This document shows, in pieces, positions 37,138-47,679 of a DNA stretch of 64,000 nucleotides (position 1 is the first letter of the stretch; each line of letters starts with the position of its first letter). The stretch comes from Acidobacteriota bacterium. Lineage in GTDB: Bacteria; Acidobacteriota; Polarisedimenticolia; Gp22-AA2. The notes under the pieces are model-generated. The model was given only the letters and a program-made list of their open reading frames with translations. It ran no database searches and had not been told where the DNA came from. Where the stretch lies: assembly GCA_003223135.1 (NCBI GenBank), contig QHXX01000018.1, forward strand, positions 65,904 to 129,903, written 5' to 3'. Position numbers and translations under genes: made by a program.

Positions 37138-38541
37138 ATGGCCGTCATACCGGGGGGTCGCCGGTCGTTGTCCCGGGGTCTCGCCGCGCTCGCGTTCATG
37201 GCGGTGGGTGCGGTGGCGGTCGTGTGCGCGGCACGCACAGGCGCCCCCGCCATACCGCTGTCCGGCCGGGCCGGCCCGACGCCGCGTAGCGCCGTCCTGT
37301 TCATCGGCGACGGGATGGGGCAGGCGTACGTGACGGTGACGCGAGTGGCGCGTGGCGGGTCGGGCGGACGGCTCCGCATGGACACGCTCCCGTACACCGC
37401 GCTCTGCCGCACCCATTCCAGCGACAGCCCGGTCACCGACTCGGCAGCCGCGGCGAGCGCGATGGCGTGCGGCCAGAAGACGGCGAACGGTGTCCTGTGC
37501 GAGGACGCCACGGCCATCTACGCGAAGCGGGACGGAAGAAAGCTCGAATCGATCGCGGTGTGGGCGAAGAAGAACGGCATGCACGTCGGGCTGGTGACGA
37601 CGACGACGGTGACGCACGCCACGCCGGCGGCGTTCTACGCGAACCACCGCGATCGCGAGGCCGAAGACGAGATCGCGAAGCAGACGATCGCGTCGGGCTT
37701 CGACCTGATCCTCGGCGGTGGGCGGACGTTTTTCGCCGAGGATTTGCGGGCCGAAGCGCGACGGCAAGGCTGGGAGATCGTGGAAACGGCCGACGAGCTT
37801 CGGGCGATCGATGACCCCGGCCGGCACGTCCTCGGCCTGTTCGCCGAAAGGCACCTTCCCTACCAGCCGGAGATCGAGGCCGGGCACAAGCAGACTGAAG
37901 CCGGCAAGACCGCGGAGGGCATGCCTGGAACGGCGGCAGGCGGCCTGGCGCGCGGAGGCGAGAGCCGGGACGCGACGCGTACGGCACCGACCCTCCCCGA
38001 GATGACGCGGTGGGCGGTCGACATCCTGAAGAAGAGCGACCGGCCGTTCTTCCTCATGGTCGAGGGCGGGAGGATCGACCACGCCGGGCACGCCAACTGG
38101 GCGCGGACGCTGGTGGACGAGACCGCCGCCTTCGACGAGGCGATCGGCTACGCCATCGACACGCTCGATCCGAAGACGACGCTGGTCCTGGTGACCGCCG
38201 ATCACGAGACGGGGGGTCTGGCGATGAACGGCTACCCGGATGAGAAGGACGGCATCTGGTCCCTCTACCGGGATCCTTTCGGCTCCAAGGGTGACGGGCC
38301 GTACCCGGTCATCACGTTCTCTAGCGGGCCGGGGACGACACGGCAGAAGCACGAGCCCCCGCACGGACCGGACGACCTGCGTCCTTCCGGGATTGCGCTC
38401 GAGAGCGCGGCCCACACGGGGGTCGACGTGACGCTCTATGCCTGGGGCGCGGGTGCGGAGGAGGTGCACGGCACGCTCGAGAACACCGCGATCTATTCGC
38501 TCCTCAGGGGCTACCTCGAAGGACGGCCGCCCGCGCGGTGA
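37138..38541 (+). CDS. Alkaline phosphatase (PhoA family), secreted
   Basis: Signal peptide; FIGDGMG, active-site VTDSAAAASAMACG (Ser), GLVTTTTVTHATPAAF, IDHAGHAN, ADHETGG. AAGGAGG RBS 7 nt upstream. Confidence 0.85.
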   Translation: MAVIPGGRRSLSRGLAALAFMAVGAVAVVCAARTGAPAIPLSGRAGPTPRSAVLFIGDGMGQAYVTVTRVARGGSGGRLRMDTLPYTALCRTHSSDSPVTDSAAAASAMACGQKTANGVLCEDATAIYAKRDGRKLESIAVWAKKNGMHVGLVTTTTVTHATPAAFYANHRDREAEDEIAKQTIASGFDLILGGGRTFFAEDLRAEARRQGWEIVETADELRAIDDPGRHVLGLFAERHLPYQPEIEAGHKQTEAGKTAEGMPGTAAGGLARGGESRDATRTAPTLPEMTRWAVDILKKSDRPFFLMVEGGRIDHAGHANWARTLVDETAAFDEAIGYAIDTLDPKTTLVLVTADHETGGLAMNGYPDEKDGIWSLYRDPFGSKGDGPYPVITFSSGPGTTRQKHEPPHGPDDLRPSGIALESAAHTGVDVTLYAWGAGAEEVHGTLENTAIYSLLRGYLEGRPPAR

Positions 38542-38609
38542 GCCTGACCGGGGTCCGGCCGGCGCGTGGGTGCGGGTCTGAACGTCGCGCCGGTCGCGGG
38601 GGACGTTCC

Positions 38610-39475
38610 TCAGAAGGCGGCCCGCGCGATCGACTCTCCGCGCGCGTCGTTCGCCATCCGGTGGAACGCGCGCCGGTACCCCGCGAGAACCAGGAGGCTG
38701 AGGCCGAAGGTCGCGACGATCGTGGCACCCGTCGGGAGGTCGAGCAGGAACGAGAAGGAGACCCCCGCCGCCGACACGAGGGTTCCCATGGTCCACCCGA
38801 TCGCGAGACGCGGTCCCAGCCTTTCGGCAAAAAACATCGCGGCCACGGAGGGAACGATGAGGAAGCAGAAGACCAGCAGCACGCCCGCGATGGCCACGGA
38901 GGACGTGACCACGAAGCCGAACGAGACGTAGAAGAGGAAGTCCCAGAATTTCACATTCCATCCGCGCCTCTCGGCTTCCGCCTCGTTCATCGAAATGAGC
39001 AGGAACCGCTCCCGAAAGATGTAGTGGAAGGCGCCGACAAGAGAGTAGAGGACGGCGGTCTTGAAGAGCTCCGGCCAGGTCACCGACAGAATGTTCCCTA
39101 CCAGCATCTCCTTCAGGTGCTCGGTCTCCTGGGTCGCCTTGGACATCAGCAGGATCGCCACGGCGGCCGAGACGACATAGACGATGCCGATGATCGCTTC
39201 CTGCGGGATGCGCGTCTTTCGGTGGACCCTCGTGACGGCGAAGATCGCCGCCCCCAGGAACGTGAATCCGAGCGAAAAGAGGTAGGCTCCGGTCTCGTGC
39301 AGGTCGTACCCTGCCAGATAGGCGACGGTCGTGCCGAGCGCCGCGATCTGCGCGAGCGACAAGTCGACGAAGATGACGCCGCGCTCGACAACGTGCACGC
39401 CGAGGTAGGCGTGAATCCCGGTCAGGATCAGGCTGGCCACGAAAGCCGGCAGAAGGATCTCAAAGATGGTCATGG
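38610..39475 (-). CDS. ABC-3 family metal (Zn/Mn) transporter permease (ZnuB/MntB-like)
   Basis: MTIFEILLPAFVASLILTGIHAYLGVHVVERGVIFVDLSLAQIAALG..., 8 TMs, ABC-3 family pattern. The ORF track extends to 39833 (rejected). Confidence 0.8.
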
Positions 39476-40399
39476 TTTGCCCTTCATGGCGCTGACGAAA
39501 GCGTCGATATCGTAATCGAAGAGCGCGAAGTAGTCCTTGATCTCCGGCAATCCACCCACCGAGGGATAGAAGCTCAGGACGGTCGCGCCCGTCTTCTCCG
39601 CGATGAACTTGGGGGTCTTGAGATCGAAGTAGGGCTCGACGAGGATCAGACGGATCTTCTCTGTCATGATCAGATTGATGATCTCCAGCGTGTGTGTCGG
39701 AGAGGGGGGGATGCCGGGCTTCGGCTCGACGTGTCCGGCGATGATGAGGCCGTAGCGGCGGGCGAAATTCGGCCACGAGTCGTGGAAGGTCACGATCTTG
39801 GTTGCAGCGTACGGCGCCATCTTCCCGGCCCATTCCTTTTCCTTCTCGGTGAGCCTGCCTTCGAAGGCCGCGAGATTGGCCGCGTAGGCTTCGCGGCCCG
39901 ACGGATCGAGTTCGGCCAGCTTCGCGGCGATCGACCGCGCGATGATGCGGCCGTTCTCGGGATCGGTCCAGTAATGTGGATTCCCGTAGGGGTGAACGTC
40001 GCCGAACGCGCGTGTCACCTGCTGCGTGGGGCGATTCAGGATTTCGCAGCCGGTCGACGCATCGAGGTACCCGGGCGACCCGGGGTGGATCTTTGCGTTG
40101 CGGCTTTGATCGAGGAGCGGCGGGAGATAGCCGATCTCCAGCTCGAGTCCAGCGACGATCAGCGCGTCGGCTCTCGAGAGCTTCAGGATGAACGACGGCT
40201 TGGCATCGACGAAGTGGGGGTCCTGGTACCCCTTCACGAGGGCGAGAGTCTCGACGCGATCCCCGCCGACCAGGTCGGCCAGCGAGGCGAGGTCCTGCAG
40301 GGTCGTCACGACTTTGAGCTTGGCGAAAGCCGGTGATTCCGGAAGTCCCAGAAGGGCCAGGGCGAGACCGGCGACGGCGAGCTTCGTTGGTTTCATCAT
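39470..40399 (-). CDS. TroA/ZnuA-like periplasmic metal-binding protein (ABC substrate-binding, cluster A-I)
   Basis: Signal peptide MMKPTKLAVAGLALALLG; metal-site motifs DPHFV, GNPHYW, TFHDSWPNFARRYGL. Confidence 0.8.
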   Translation of the reverse strand: MMKPTKLAVAGLALALLGLPESPAFAKLKVVTTLQDLASLADLVGGDRVETLALVKGYQDPHFVDAKPSFILKLSRADALIVAGLELEIGYLPPLLDQSRNAKIHPGSPGYLDASTGCEILNRPTQQVTRAFGDVHPYGNPHYWTDPENGRIIARSIAAKLAELDPSGREAYAANLAAFEGRLTEKEKEWAGKMAPYAATKIVTFHDSWPNFARRYGLIIAGHVEPKPGIPPSPTHTLEIINLIMTEKIRLILVEPYFDLKTPKFIAEKTGATVLSFYPSVGGLPEIKDYFALFDYDIDAFVSAMKGKP

Positions 40400-40406
40400 G
40401 AACTCC

Positions 40407-41757
40407 TTAGAACGGGTGGGCGCCATGGGCGCCGATCGCGAACTGGATCTGAAGAAGCAGCTCATCGGCGGTCTCTCCATCGGCGTACTCGCGGCGTCGA
40501 AGCTCGCCACGAACCTGGGAGAACTCGCTCGGCCAGAACGTCAGAAGAAGAGCCTTGCCTCGGTCTCTTTGCGTGGCATCGTCGGCATGCTCCGACGACT
40601 CGATGCGCGCCCCCGTGAACCAGCGCTTCGCGAGCTGGTACTCGCCGGAGAGGAACCAGCCCTCGGCGCCCTGGTCTCCGAGCGGATCTTCGCGCCGGCT
40701 CCGGATCAACTCACCCCTGAAAGAGGCGGAGCGGTACGTCGCCGTTCGCAACGGCTTCCAGCGCAGAGTGGCGTCGAGGCCCTCGAGGCGCGTCGCGGAC
40801 CGCGACGTCAGTCCGTTCGGTCCCAGGCCATAGGAGAGTCCGACCTCGAGATTCGTCGCCTCGCTCAGGTCGCGGAAGACCCTGTAGTGCCCGTTGTAGG
40901 CGAGATCGCCCCTCTGGGTGGCCGCGAACAGCTCTCCCGAGTCGCCTCGTAAGACCTGCAACGTCGCCTCTGAGAAGACCTCTCCCGGAAGCGGCACGAG
41001 GACCGCGACAGAGAGACCCGTGCCGATCCAGCCCTCTTCGCCCCCGAGAAGGTTCACGAGAGGCAGAGGCTCATCAGGCCAGGGAAGGACGTGGAGGTGC
41101 AGCGGATTGATCTTCCCGAAGGCGGTCCGCATCCGTCCGACCTTCGCGAGGAGCCCGGCGGGGAGAGAGGTGAAGGAGATGAAACCTTCTTCGACGTCGA
41201 CCCCCTCCTCGCCGAAGGAAAGGAAGAAGTCGGCGCGCGCGTACGGATCGACGATAGCCTGAAAAGAGACCTCCGACTCGCGCAGGCTCGAGCTCGGCAG
41301 GTTTTCCGTGCCGTTGCTGCCGCCGACGCCCAGGTAGTTGCCGATCACGGAGATGCTGGGATTGAAATAGTTGGAAGTCTGCGAGGCCGCCGCGGGGGGC
41401 GCGGCCGGCAGGCCCGGTGCCGGCGGCGGTGAAGGGATCGCGGACGCCGTCTCTCCCGGCGCTGCACCGAGTGCCATCCCCTGGCCCGACGCGAGCCCGG
41501 CGCGCAGCTGGTCGCGCAGCGTCTGGATCTGCCTCCTCAGTTCTTCGATCTCGCGCCTTAGGGCCTCGACCTCCTCCGCCGTGGGCGGGGCCGAAACCTT
41601 CACAGGTGGCTGTGAGGGGGCCGCCGGCGGGCTTCCCTGCGCCTGCGGGGCGCTCGGGGCCGAGGGCTGCGCGGCCTTTTCGTCGGCGCAAACCGCGGGG
41701 TGCAGGCCGAACCCAAAGATGATCGCCATCGCCGTGGACGACGTTCTGGATTTCATA
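40407..41757 (-). CDS. Outer-membrane beta-barrel porin-like protein with N-terminal Pro/Ala-rich linker and coiled coil
   Basis: Signal peptide MKSRTSSTAMAIIFGFGLHPAVCA, coiled coil EEVEALRREIEELRRQIQTLRDQLRA, amphipathic beta-strands, C-terminal ...GAHPF (terminal Phe). GGAGGG RBS 3 nt upstream. Confidence 0.5.
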
Positions 41758-41862
41758 ATCCCTCCGCAGAGACCAAGTCGCTCAACATCGGCACGGTCCG
41801 GCGGTTCACTTCGGTCCCCTTGCGGTTCAGGACGGGACCGGCAGGACCGCGCCGCGAATGCC

Positions 41863-42149
41863 TCAGAGGACGGGGGACCCCGGGGGGGCGCGCAGAGGCC
41901 TGAGATAGCGGGTGGCGGTGCCGAGGGGTGCCGGCGGGGGGAGCGCTGCGATCTCGGACGGTTCCCACGCCGGGCGGCCGGGGCCTTCCGGGGAGTGGGC
42001 CACTCCGGGAGAGTTGAGTGCCTTGCAGGTGGAGCAGTCGCGCTGCGCCGCGCTGTGCGGTGCCGCGGCATGCAGAATCGAAACGGCAAGGAGCGCCAGA
42101 ACAACCACAGCGCACCAGGGGATCCAGCCTGCCCGCCTCGATGGCCGCA
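41863..42149 (-). CDS. Small membrane-anchored hypothetical protein
   Basis: MRPSRRAGWIPWCAVVVLALLAVSILHAAAPHSAAQRDCSTC...; one TM; sits between the ABC ATPase and the porin gene. Confidence 0.25.
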
Positions 42150-42219
42150 TCAACGGTTCCTTTTGCAGTGGGTCCGGCATCGTACCGTACGCCCCGGGCA
42201 TTGTCAAAGGGCCCGGTCG

Positions 42220-43029
42220 TCAGCGGACAGGTGCGATCGGCACGATGAACGGGGCGCCCGATTCCGCGTCCCGCTCGATCCGGGCGTCCGTTTCATACAC
42301 CCGACGGATGAGCTCGGAGGTCAGGACGGTGGCCGGCGGCCCGTCGGCGGCGACGCGACCACGATGCAGCAGCACGAGACGCGAGCCGTAGCGCGCCGCC
42401 AGGTTGAGGTCGTGGCTTGTCGTGACGACGGTCAACCCCTTCTCCCGGTTCAAACGAACCAGGATTTCGTAGATCTGGAGCCGGTGTTTGAGATCGAGGA
42501 AGGCCGTCGGCTCGTCCATCAGGAGAATGCGCGGCTCCTGGGACAGGGCGCGGGCGATGAGCGCACGCTGGCGTTCGCCGCTCGACATCTCCTGAAGATG
42601 CGCGCTCTCCAGGTCCGCCAGGTCCATTTCGCGCAGCGCCGCGCGCGCCGAAGCGAAGTCTTGCGGCCGCTCGAGCCTCCACGCTCCGAGATGCGGCGCC
42701 CGACCCATGAGCGCTATCTCCAGCACCGTGAAATCGAACAGGATCCGGGCCTCCTGGAACACCACCGCGACCATGCGGGCGCGCTCGCGCGGCGAGACGG
42801 ACCGCACGGGCCTGCCCCCGAGCGCCACCTCGCCTCCCTGCGGTGCGAGAACGCCGCTCAAGAGCATGAGGAGGGTCGTCTTCCCGGATCCGTTAGGCCC
42901 GATGACGCCCACGAACTCTCCCGGCCTCACGGCCAGGGACAGCCCGTCGAACAGAGGCCCCCTGGCCCCGCGGTGGCGGAACAGGAGATCGCGGACGGCC
43001 AGAATCGGCGCGGGGTTCGGGGAGGTCAC
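42220..43029 (-). CDS. ABC transporter ATP-binding protein, FecE/BtuD (iron-complex/type II importer) family
   Basis: Walker A GPNGSGKTTL, signature MSSGERQRALIARAL, Walker B LLMDEPTAFLD, HDLNLAARYGSRLVLL. Confidence 0.8.
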   Translation of the reverse strand: MTSPNPAPILAVRDLLFRHRGARGPLFDGLSLAVRPGEFVGVIGPNGSGKTTLLMLLSGVLAPQGGEVALGGRPVRSVSPRERARMVAVVFQEARILFDFTVLEIALMGRAPHLGAWRLERPQDFASARAALREMDLADLESAHLQEMSSGERQRALIARALSQEPRILLMDEPTAFLDLKHRLQIYEILVRLNREKGLTVVTTSHDLNLAARYGSRLVLLHRGRVAADGPPATVLTSELIRRVYETDARIERDAESGAPFIVPIAPVR

Positions 43030-43087
43030 GCCGTGCTGCTCCCCGTGGCCGGGATCCCGACACCATGCTCAAGGTTCAGGTGCGCGG

Positions 43088-44104
43088 TCATTGAAAGTAC
43101 CCCCCTCCCGCCTGCCTGCGGTACAGCCAGAGAAAGAACGGTCCGCCGCACAGCGCTGTGACGACGCCGACCGGAATCTCGGTCGGCGCCATCACGGTCC
43201 GGGCGAGGGTGTCGGCGAATATCAGGAAGATGGCGCCTGTGAGCGCCGACGCGGGGACGAGGAGCCTATGGTCGGGGCCGAACATGAGACGCGCCGAGTG
43301 CGGCACGATCAGGCCGACGAAGCCGATCGGTCCGGCCACCGAGACGACGGCGGCGGTGATCAATGACGCCAGGATCACGGTCACGACGCGCGTCCTCTCG
43401 ACCGTGACGCCGAGTGAGCGGGCGGCCTCCTCACCCGCGGACATCAAATTCAGATCGCGACCATAGGAGGCGAGGCCGAGGAGGCTCAGGACCAGGACCA
43501 CCGAAAGGGCGGCGATGAGCCCGTACTCCTCGATCGGGATGGTCCCGATCATCCACAGCCGCACGCCGTGCAGGCGCGAGGATTCGACGACCGTCTCGAT
43601 CAGGAGGATGAGGGCCAGGTAGACGGTGTTCATGATGACGCCGATGAGGAGCATCGGGTAGGGGACGACCCGTCCGCGCGCGCTCGACAGCACAAAGAGG
43701 ACCGCCACGGTGGCGATCGCCCCGAGGAAGGCGGCCGCCTCCCGTACCGGCAGGACCGGTGCGATGGCCGGCAGGCCCAGCGCCGTTGCGGCAAAGGCGC
43801 CAAGGGCCGCGCCGCCCGAGACTCCCAGGATGTAAGGGTCGGCGAGCGGGTTGCGCAGGTCCGCCTGAAACACGGCGCCGGCCGCGCCGAGCGCCGCACC
43901 GGCGAGCGCGGCCATCAGGATGCGCGGCAGACGCACGCGCAGGATCATCGCCTGCGCGGTCTCCTCGTCGGCCGCGTGCCGCAGCAGATCGAGAAGCGTG
44001 TAGCGACTGCTCCCGAGACTGGCGCAGACCGCCACGGAGAGCGCGAGCGCGGCCAGGAGCGCGCCGATCGACAGCGCCAGGCGCCGCGAGGTGAGGGGCG
44101 GCAT
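43088..44104 (-). CDS. FecCD/BtuC-family ABC transporter permease
   Basis: NPLADPYILGVSGGAALGAFAATALG and 10-TM FecCD pattern. Confidence 0.8.
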   Translation of the reverse strand: MPPLTSRRLALSIGALLAALALSVAVCASLGSSRYTLLDLLRHAADEETAQAMILRVRLPRILMAALAGAALGAAGAVFQADLRNPLADPYILGVSGGAALGAFAATALGLPAIAPVLPVREAAAFLGAIATVAVLFVLSSARGRVVPYPMLLIGVIMNTVYLALILLIETVVESSRLHGVRLWMIGTIPIEEYGLIAALSVVLVLSLLGLASYGRDLNLMSAGEEAARSLGVTVERTRVVTVILASLITAAVVSVAGPIGFVGLIVPHSARLMFGPDHRLLVPASALTGAIFLIFADTLARTVMAPTEIPVGVVTALCGGPFFLWLYRRQAGGGYFQ

Positions 44105-45222
44105 CAGGAGCCGAGGTCGGAGCGGATCTTGAACAGCTGCATGACGTCCCGACGACTGAGAATGCCGGCGATCCGGCCCCCCACGACCACCGGCAGGCGA
44201 CCCACGACGCCGCGCACCATGCCCTCGAGGGCCGTCGCGCAGTCGTCATCCGGGTCGAGCGGCCGCAGGCTGGCCGCCGGCGTCATGATCTGCCGCACCG
44301 GCGTGCGGTTCCATTCTTCGCGCGGCACCCCTTTGAGCTGATCGAGGGACACCATGCCGGCAAACCTGTCTCCCGAGGTGACCGGGAAGCTGCCGCGTGG
44401 GTGGCGGAAGAAGTATTCGTTCGCCAGCTCTTCGAGACTGGCGTGCTCTGGCACCGTGATGACCGGCTGCGTCATGATGTGCCGCACCCGGTAGCCCGAC
44501 AGGGTGTCCCGCAGGAGGAGAAACTCGTAGGAGGCCGAGGCCGCCTGATTCAGGAAGATCCCGATGACCATCAGCCAGAGCCCGCCGAGGTTGTGGTTCT
44601 TCACGAGTTGCAGAAACCCCAGGCCCATGAGGCCGAAGCCGACGACCGAGCCGGCCCGGCCCGCGGTCCGTGTCGCCGACAACAGGTTGCCGCTCCGGGC
44701 CCACAGCCAGGCGCGGAGGATCCGCCCGCCGTCCAGCGGAAAGCCGGGCAGAAGGTTGAACAGGCCGAGCGCCAGGTTCAGCGCGGCGACATAATCCACG
44801 ACCTGCCGCCCTCCGTTGATGAGAGACGGCAGACCCGTGACAGAGAGAAGGTAGAACAAAATTGCCAGCGCGAAGCTTGTCAAAGGCCCTGCGGCGGCGA
44901 TGCGCACCTCGGTCCCGGGGTTCTGCGGCTCCGACGCCATTTCCGACACCCCGCCGAACAGGAACAGGCGGATGCGCGGCACGGGGATCCCGGCACGCTG
45001 CGCCAGGAGAGCATGCGACAGTTCGTGGACGAGGACGGATCCGAACAGGAGAAGGGCCGCGACGACCCCCAGAATCCAGGCTGCGCCACCTTGAATCGGC
45101 GGATGCGCTTCGGGGAAGTAGCCGGTCGCCAGGCTCCACACGACCAGGAAGAAGATGAACAGCCAGCTCGGGTCGATCACGACGCGGATGCCGACGATGT
45201 TCATCAGGTTGAAGCCGCGCAT
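44104..45222 (-). CDS. Site-2 protease family (peptidase M50) zinc metalloprotease with tandem CBS domains
   Basis: HELSHAL zinc motif in a TM helix, LPGFPLDGGRIL (LDG motif), C-terminal CBS pair (RVRHIMTQPVITV...; RQIMTPAASL...). Confidence 0.8.
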   Translation of the reverse strand: MRGFNLMNIVGIRVVIDPSWLFIFFLVVWSLATGYFPEAHPPIQGGAAWILGVVAALLLFGSVLVHELSHALLAQRAGIPVPRIRLFLFGGVSEMASEPQNPGTEVRIAAAGPLTSFALAILFYLLSVTGLPSLINGGRQVVDYVAALNLALGLFNLLPGFPLDGGRILRAWLWARSGNLLSATRTAGRAGSVVGFGLMGLGFLQLVKNHNLGGLWLMVIGIFLNQAASASYEFLLLRDTLSGYRVRHIMTQPVITVPEHASLEELANEYFFRHPRGSFPVTSGDRFAGMVSLDQLKGVPREEWNRTPVRQIMTPAASLRPLDPDDDCATALEGMVRGVVGRLPVVVGGRIAGILSRRDVMQLFKIRSDLGS

Positions 45223-45244
45223 GGGGGAAGTCTAACCCACCCCT

Positions 45245-46016
45245 TCAGGATCCCGAGACGATCCGTGCCAGGAGCTCCAGGACCGCGGCCGGGTCCGCGA
45301 GGCGCCATCGGGCGAGCGTACGCCGGTCAGTGGGGCCGACGCGAATGGTCGCACCGCGATCCCGAAGGACCCGGAAGCCGTCCTCATCGGTGGTGTCGTC
45401 GCCGACATAGACAGGGTACCAGGCGGGTCCGAAGCGCTCCAGCAGCCACAGGGCTCCCGATCCCTTGTCCGCTGCCGCCGGCTTCAGCTCCACGACGCGG
45501 GATCCCCGCAGGATCATCAGATTGCCGTCGTCCGTCACTTCCCGGCTGAAGCCTTCGAAAATCCGGGTCGCCCGCTCCTCCGATTCGTGATCGCAGCTTC
45601 GCATGTGAATTGCGATGGCCGCTCCCTTGTCCTCGATGCGCACGCACGGTACCGAGGCGAGGAGCGCCCGACAGCCCTCGGCCACCGTCTTCAGACGCGC
45701 GCGGCAGGGCGCGAGATCGACGCGATCGAGACACCGGCCTTCCGGGTCGACGTATTGCGCCCCGTGGAGCGCCAGCAGATGGCAGGCACTCCCCGGGAGG
45801 AGGCGCCGCAGGTCGTCCGCCGAGCGGCCGCTCACGATCACCACCCTGCGGCGCGGATGGGTCGTCAGACGATTGAGCAGAGCGAGCAATTCCGGGCCGG
45901 GGACGGCCCGCGAGGGGTCGTCGTGGAAGGGGACGAGTGTGCCGTCGTAATCGAGAAAGAGGAGAAGCCCGCGGTCGGCGGGCAGGAGACGGACGATCTC
46001 CTCCGGTGTCCGCGCC
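45245..46016 (-). CDS. otsB: Trehalose-6-phosphate phosphatase
   Basis: HAD motif I FLDYDGTLVP, motif II VVIVSGRS, C-terminal VYVGDDTTDEDGF. Confidence 0.75.
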
Positions 46017-46025
46017 ATCCTTCGG

Positions 46026-47537
46026 TCAGTTCGCCTCGCGGACGCCGAGGCGCCCGACGGGCTGAATCCAGGCGGCCGGCTCGAATGGGACGCCGGCCGG
46101 TCGCGCCGCGCCACGATGGACGTCCGAGCGAGCGAGAGAAAATCCGGCCGCCCTCAGGAACTCCCGGACCCACCAGTTGATGTCGCGGGACAGCACGCGG
46201 CTCCGCAACGCCTGCATCCGCTCCGTCTTTTCCTTCAAAGTCATGTCCATCGCACGGCGCAGCGTGTCGGCCACCTTCTCGAGATCGTAGGGGTTGACGA
46301 TCAGCGCCTCCTCCATCTCCTCGGCCGCGCCCGCCAGCTCGCTGACGATCAGCACCCCGTCGTTGCGGGTATGGCTGGCGACGTACTCCTTGGCCACCAG
46401 GTTCATCCCGTCCCGCAGGGGCGTGATCAGGGCCACGTCGGCCGCGGCGTAGAGAGCCGCAAGCGACTCTCGCGAGATCGACCTGTAGGAATAGCGGATC
46501 GGCACCCAGCTTCCCTCCGCGTAGAGGGCGTTCAGCCGTCCCGCAGTCTCGTCGATCTGTCTCCGGAGGAGGGCGTAATCATGCACGCGAGTGCGGCTCG
46601 GGACCGCAACCTGGACGAGAACCTGTCTGGAGCGGTTCTGGGAGTGTTTCTTGAGGAAAATCTCGTAGGCCAGGAAGCGTTCCAGGATCCCCTTGGTGTA
46701 GTCGAGGCGGTCCACCCCCAGGACGATCTGGTCCACTCCGAGGCTCTTGCGGAGCTGGTGCGCCTTGAGGAGGACGCCGGGTCGCCTCGCCAGGGTGTCA
46801 AACGCCTCGACGTCTGCTCCGATGGGACAGGCGATGATCCGCGGGTGCCGCCTCCCGAACTGTACTTCTCCCCTGGCTTCATTCACCGGAAGACCCAGCA
46901 GGACACGGCACGACTCGAGAAAGTGCCTGACGTAGTCTTGCGTGTGGAAGCCGATCAGGTCGGCCCCCAGCATTCCTTCCAGGATTTCGCGCGCCCAGGG
47001 CATGGCCTTGAAGACCCATGCGGGAGGAAAAGGGATGTGCCAGAAGAGCAGCGTCCTGAGGTGGGGCGCCAGCGTCCGAACCTGACCCGGGACGAGGGCA
47101 AGATGGTAGTCATGCACCCAGACGATGTCCCGGCGCGAAGCCTCGCGGACCGCCGCCCGGCTGAACTCCAGGTTGCAGCGCATGTAATCTCTGAAGAACA
47201 CGTGGTCGAAGCGGCACTTGTCGAGGAATCCGTGGCAAATGGGCCAGAGAACCCGGTTCGAGAAGCCATGGTAGTAGTTGGAGGCCGCCGCCTCGCTGAA
47301 CGGCAGGAGACGGAGTGAAAATGGCCCGCGCTCGTCCGTCAGAGCGGGGGGACGGCGCCGGCCCGGGGGCCTGTCGTCCCAGGCAATCCAGGTCCCTCCC
47401 TGGCTCCTGAGGACGGGCTCCAGGGCCGCGACCAGCCCGCCGGCGCTCCTGCGCGCCACGACCCGCCGGCGCACGACCGCCGTTGTGTAGGGACCGCGGT
47501 TGGAAAGAATGATCAGACGCGATGGGCCGAGCCGCAT
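46026..47537 (-). CDS. otsA: Alpha,alpha-trehalose-phosphate synthase (GT20)
   Basis: [46 protein letters not shown]. Confidence 0.85.
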   Translation of the reverse strand: MRLGPSRLIILSNRGPYTTAVVRRRVVARRSAGGLVAALEPVLRSQGGTWIAWDDRPPGRRRPPALTDERGPFSLRLLPFSEAAASNYYHGFSNRVLWPICHGFLDKCRFDHVFFRDYMRCNLEFSRAAVREASRRDIVWVHDYHLALVPGQVRTLAPHLRTLLFWHIPFPPAWVFKAMPWAREILEGMLGADLIGFHTQDYVRHFLESCRVLLGLPVNEARGEVQFGRRHPRIIACPIGADVEAFDTLARRPGVLLKAHQLRKSLGVDQIVLGVDRLDYTKGILERFLAYEIFLKKHSQNRSRQVLVQVAVPSRTRVHDYALLRRQIDETAGRLNALYAEGSWVPIRYSYRSISRESLAALYAAADVALITPLRDGMNLVAKEYVASHTRNDGVLIVSELAGAAEEMEEALIVNPYDLEKVADTLRRAMDMTLKEKTERMQALRSRVLSRDINWWVREFLRAAGFSLARSDVHRGAARPAGVPFEPAAWIQPVGRLGVREAN

Positions 47538-47679
47538 GATGGGTTCGTCCTCCGTTCGCGCGATTGTTGAAGGTGACTGATGATATCACAACCCGGCCGG
47601 CCCGACCGCTCCAGGACCCTACCGGGCGGCGGGCGATGATGCTAAATTGGTCTGCCGATCGGCGGCAGAGGAGTGATCC

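Noticed and set aside
38610-39833. 407-aa ORF-track call for the ABC-3 permease
   Set aside because: The N-terminal 119 aa are Arg/His/Asp-rich and overlap the upstream SBP gene. The conserved permease begins at MTIFEILLP (39475).
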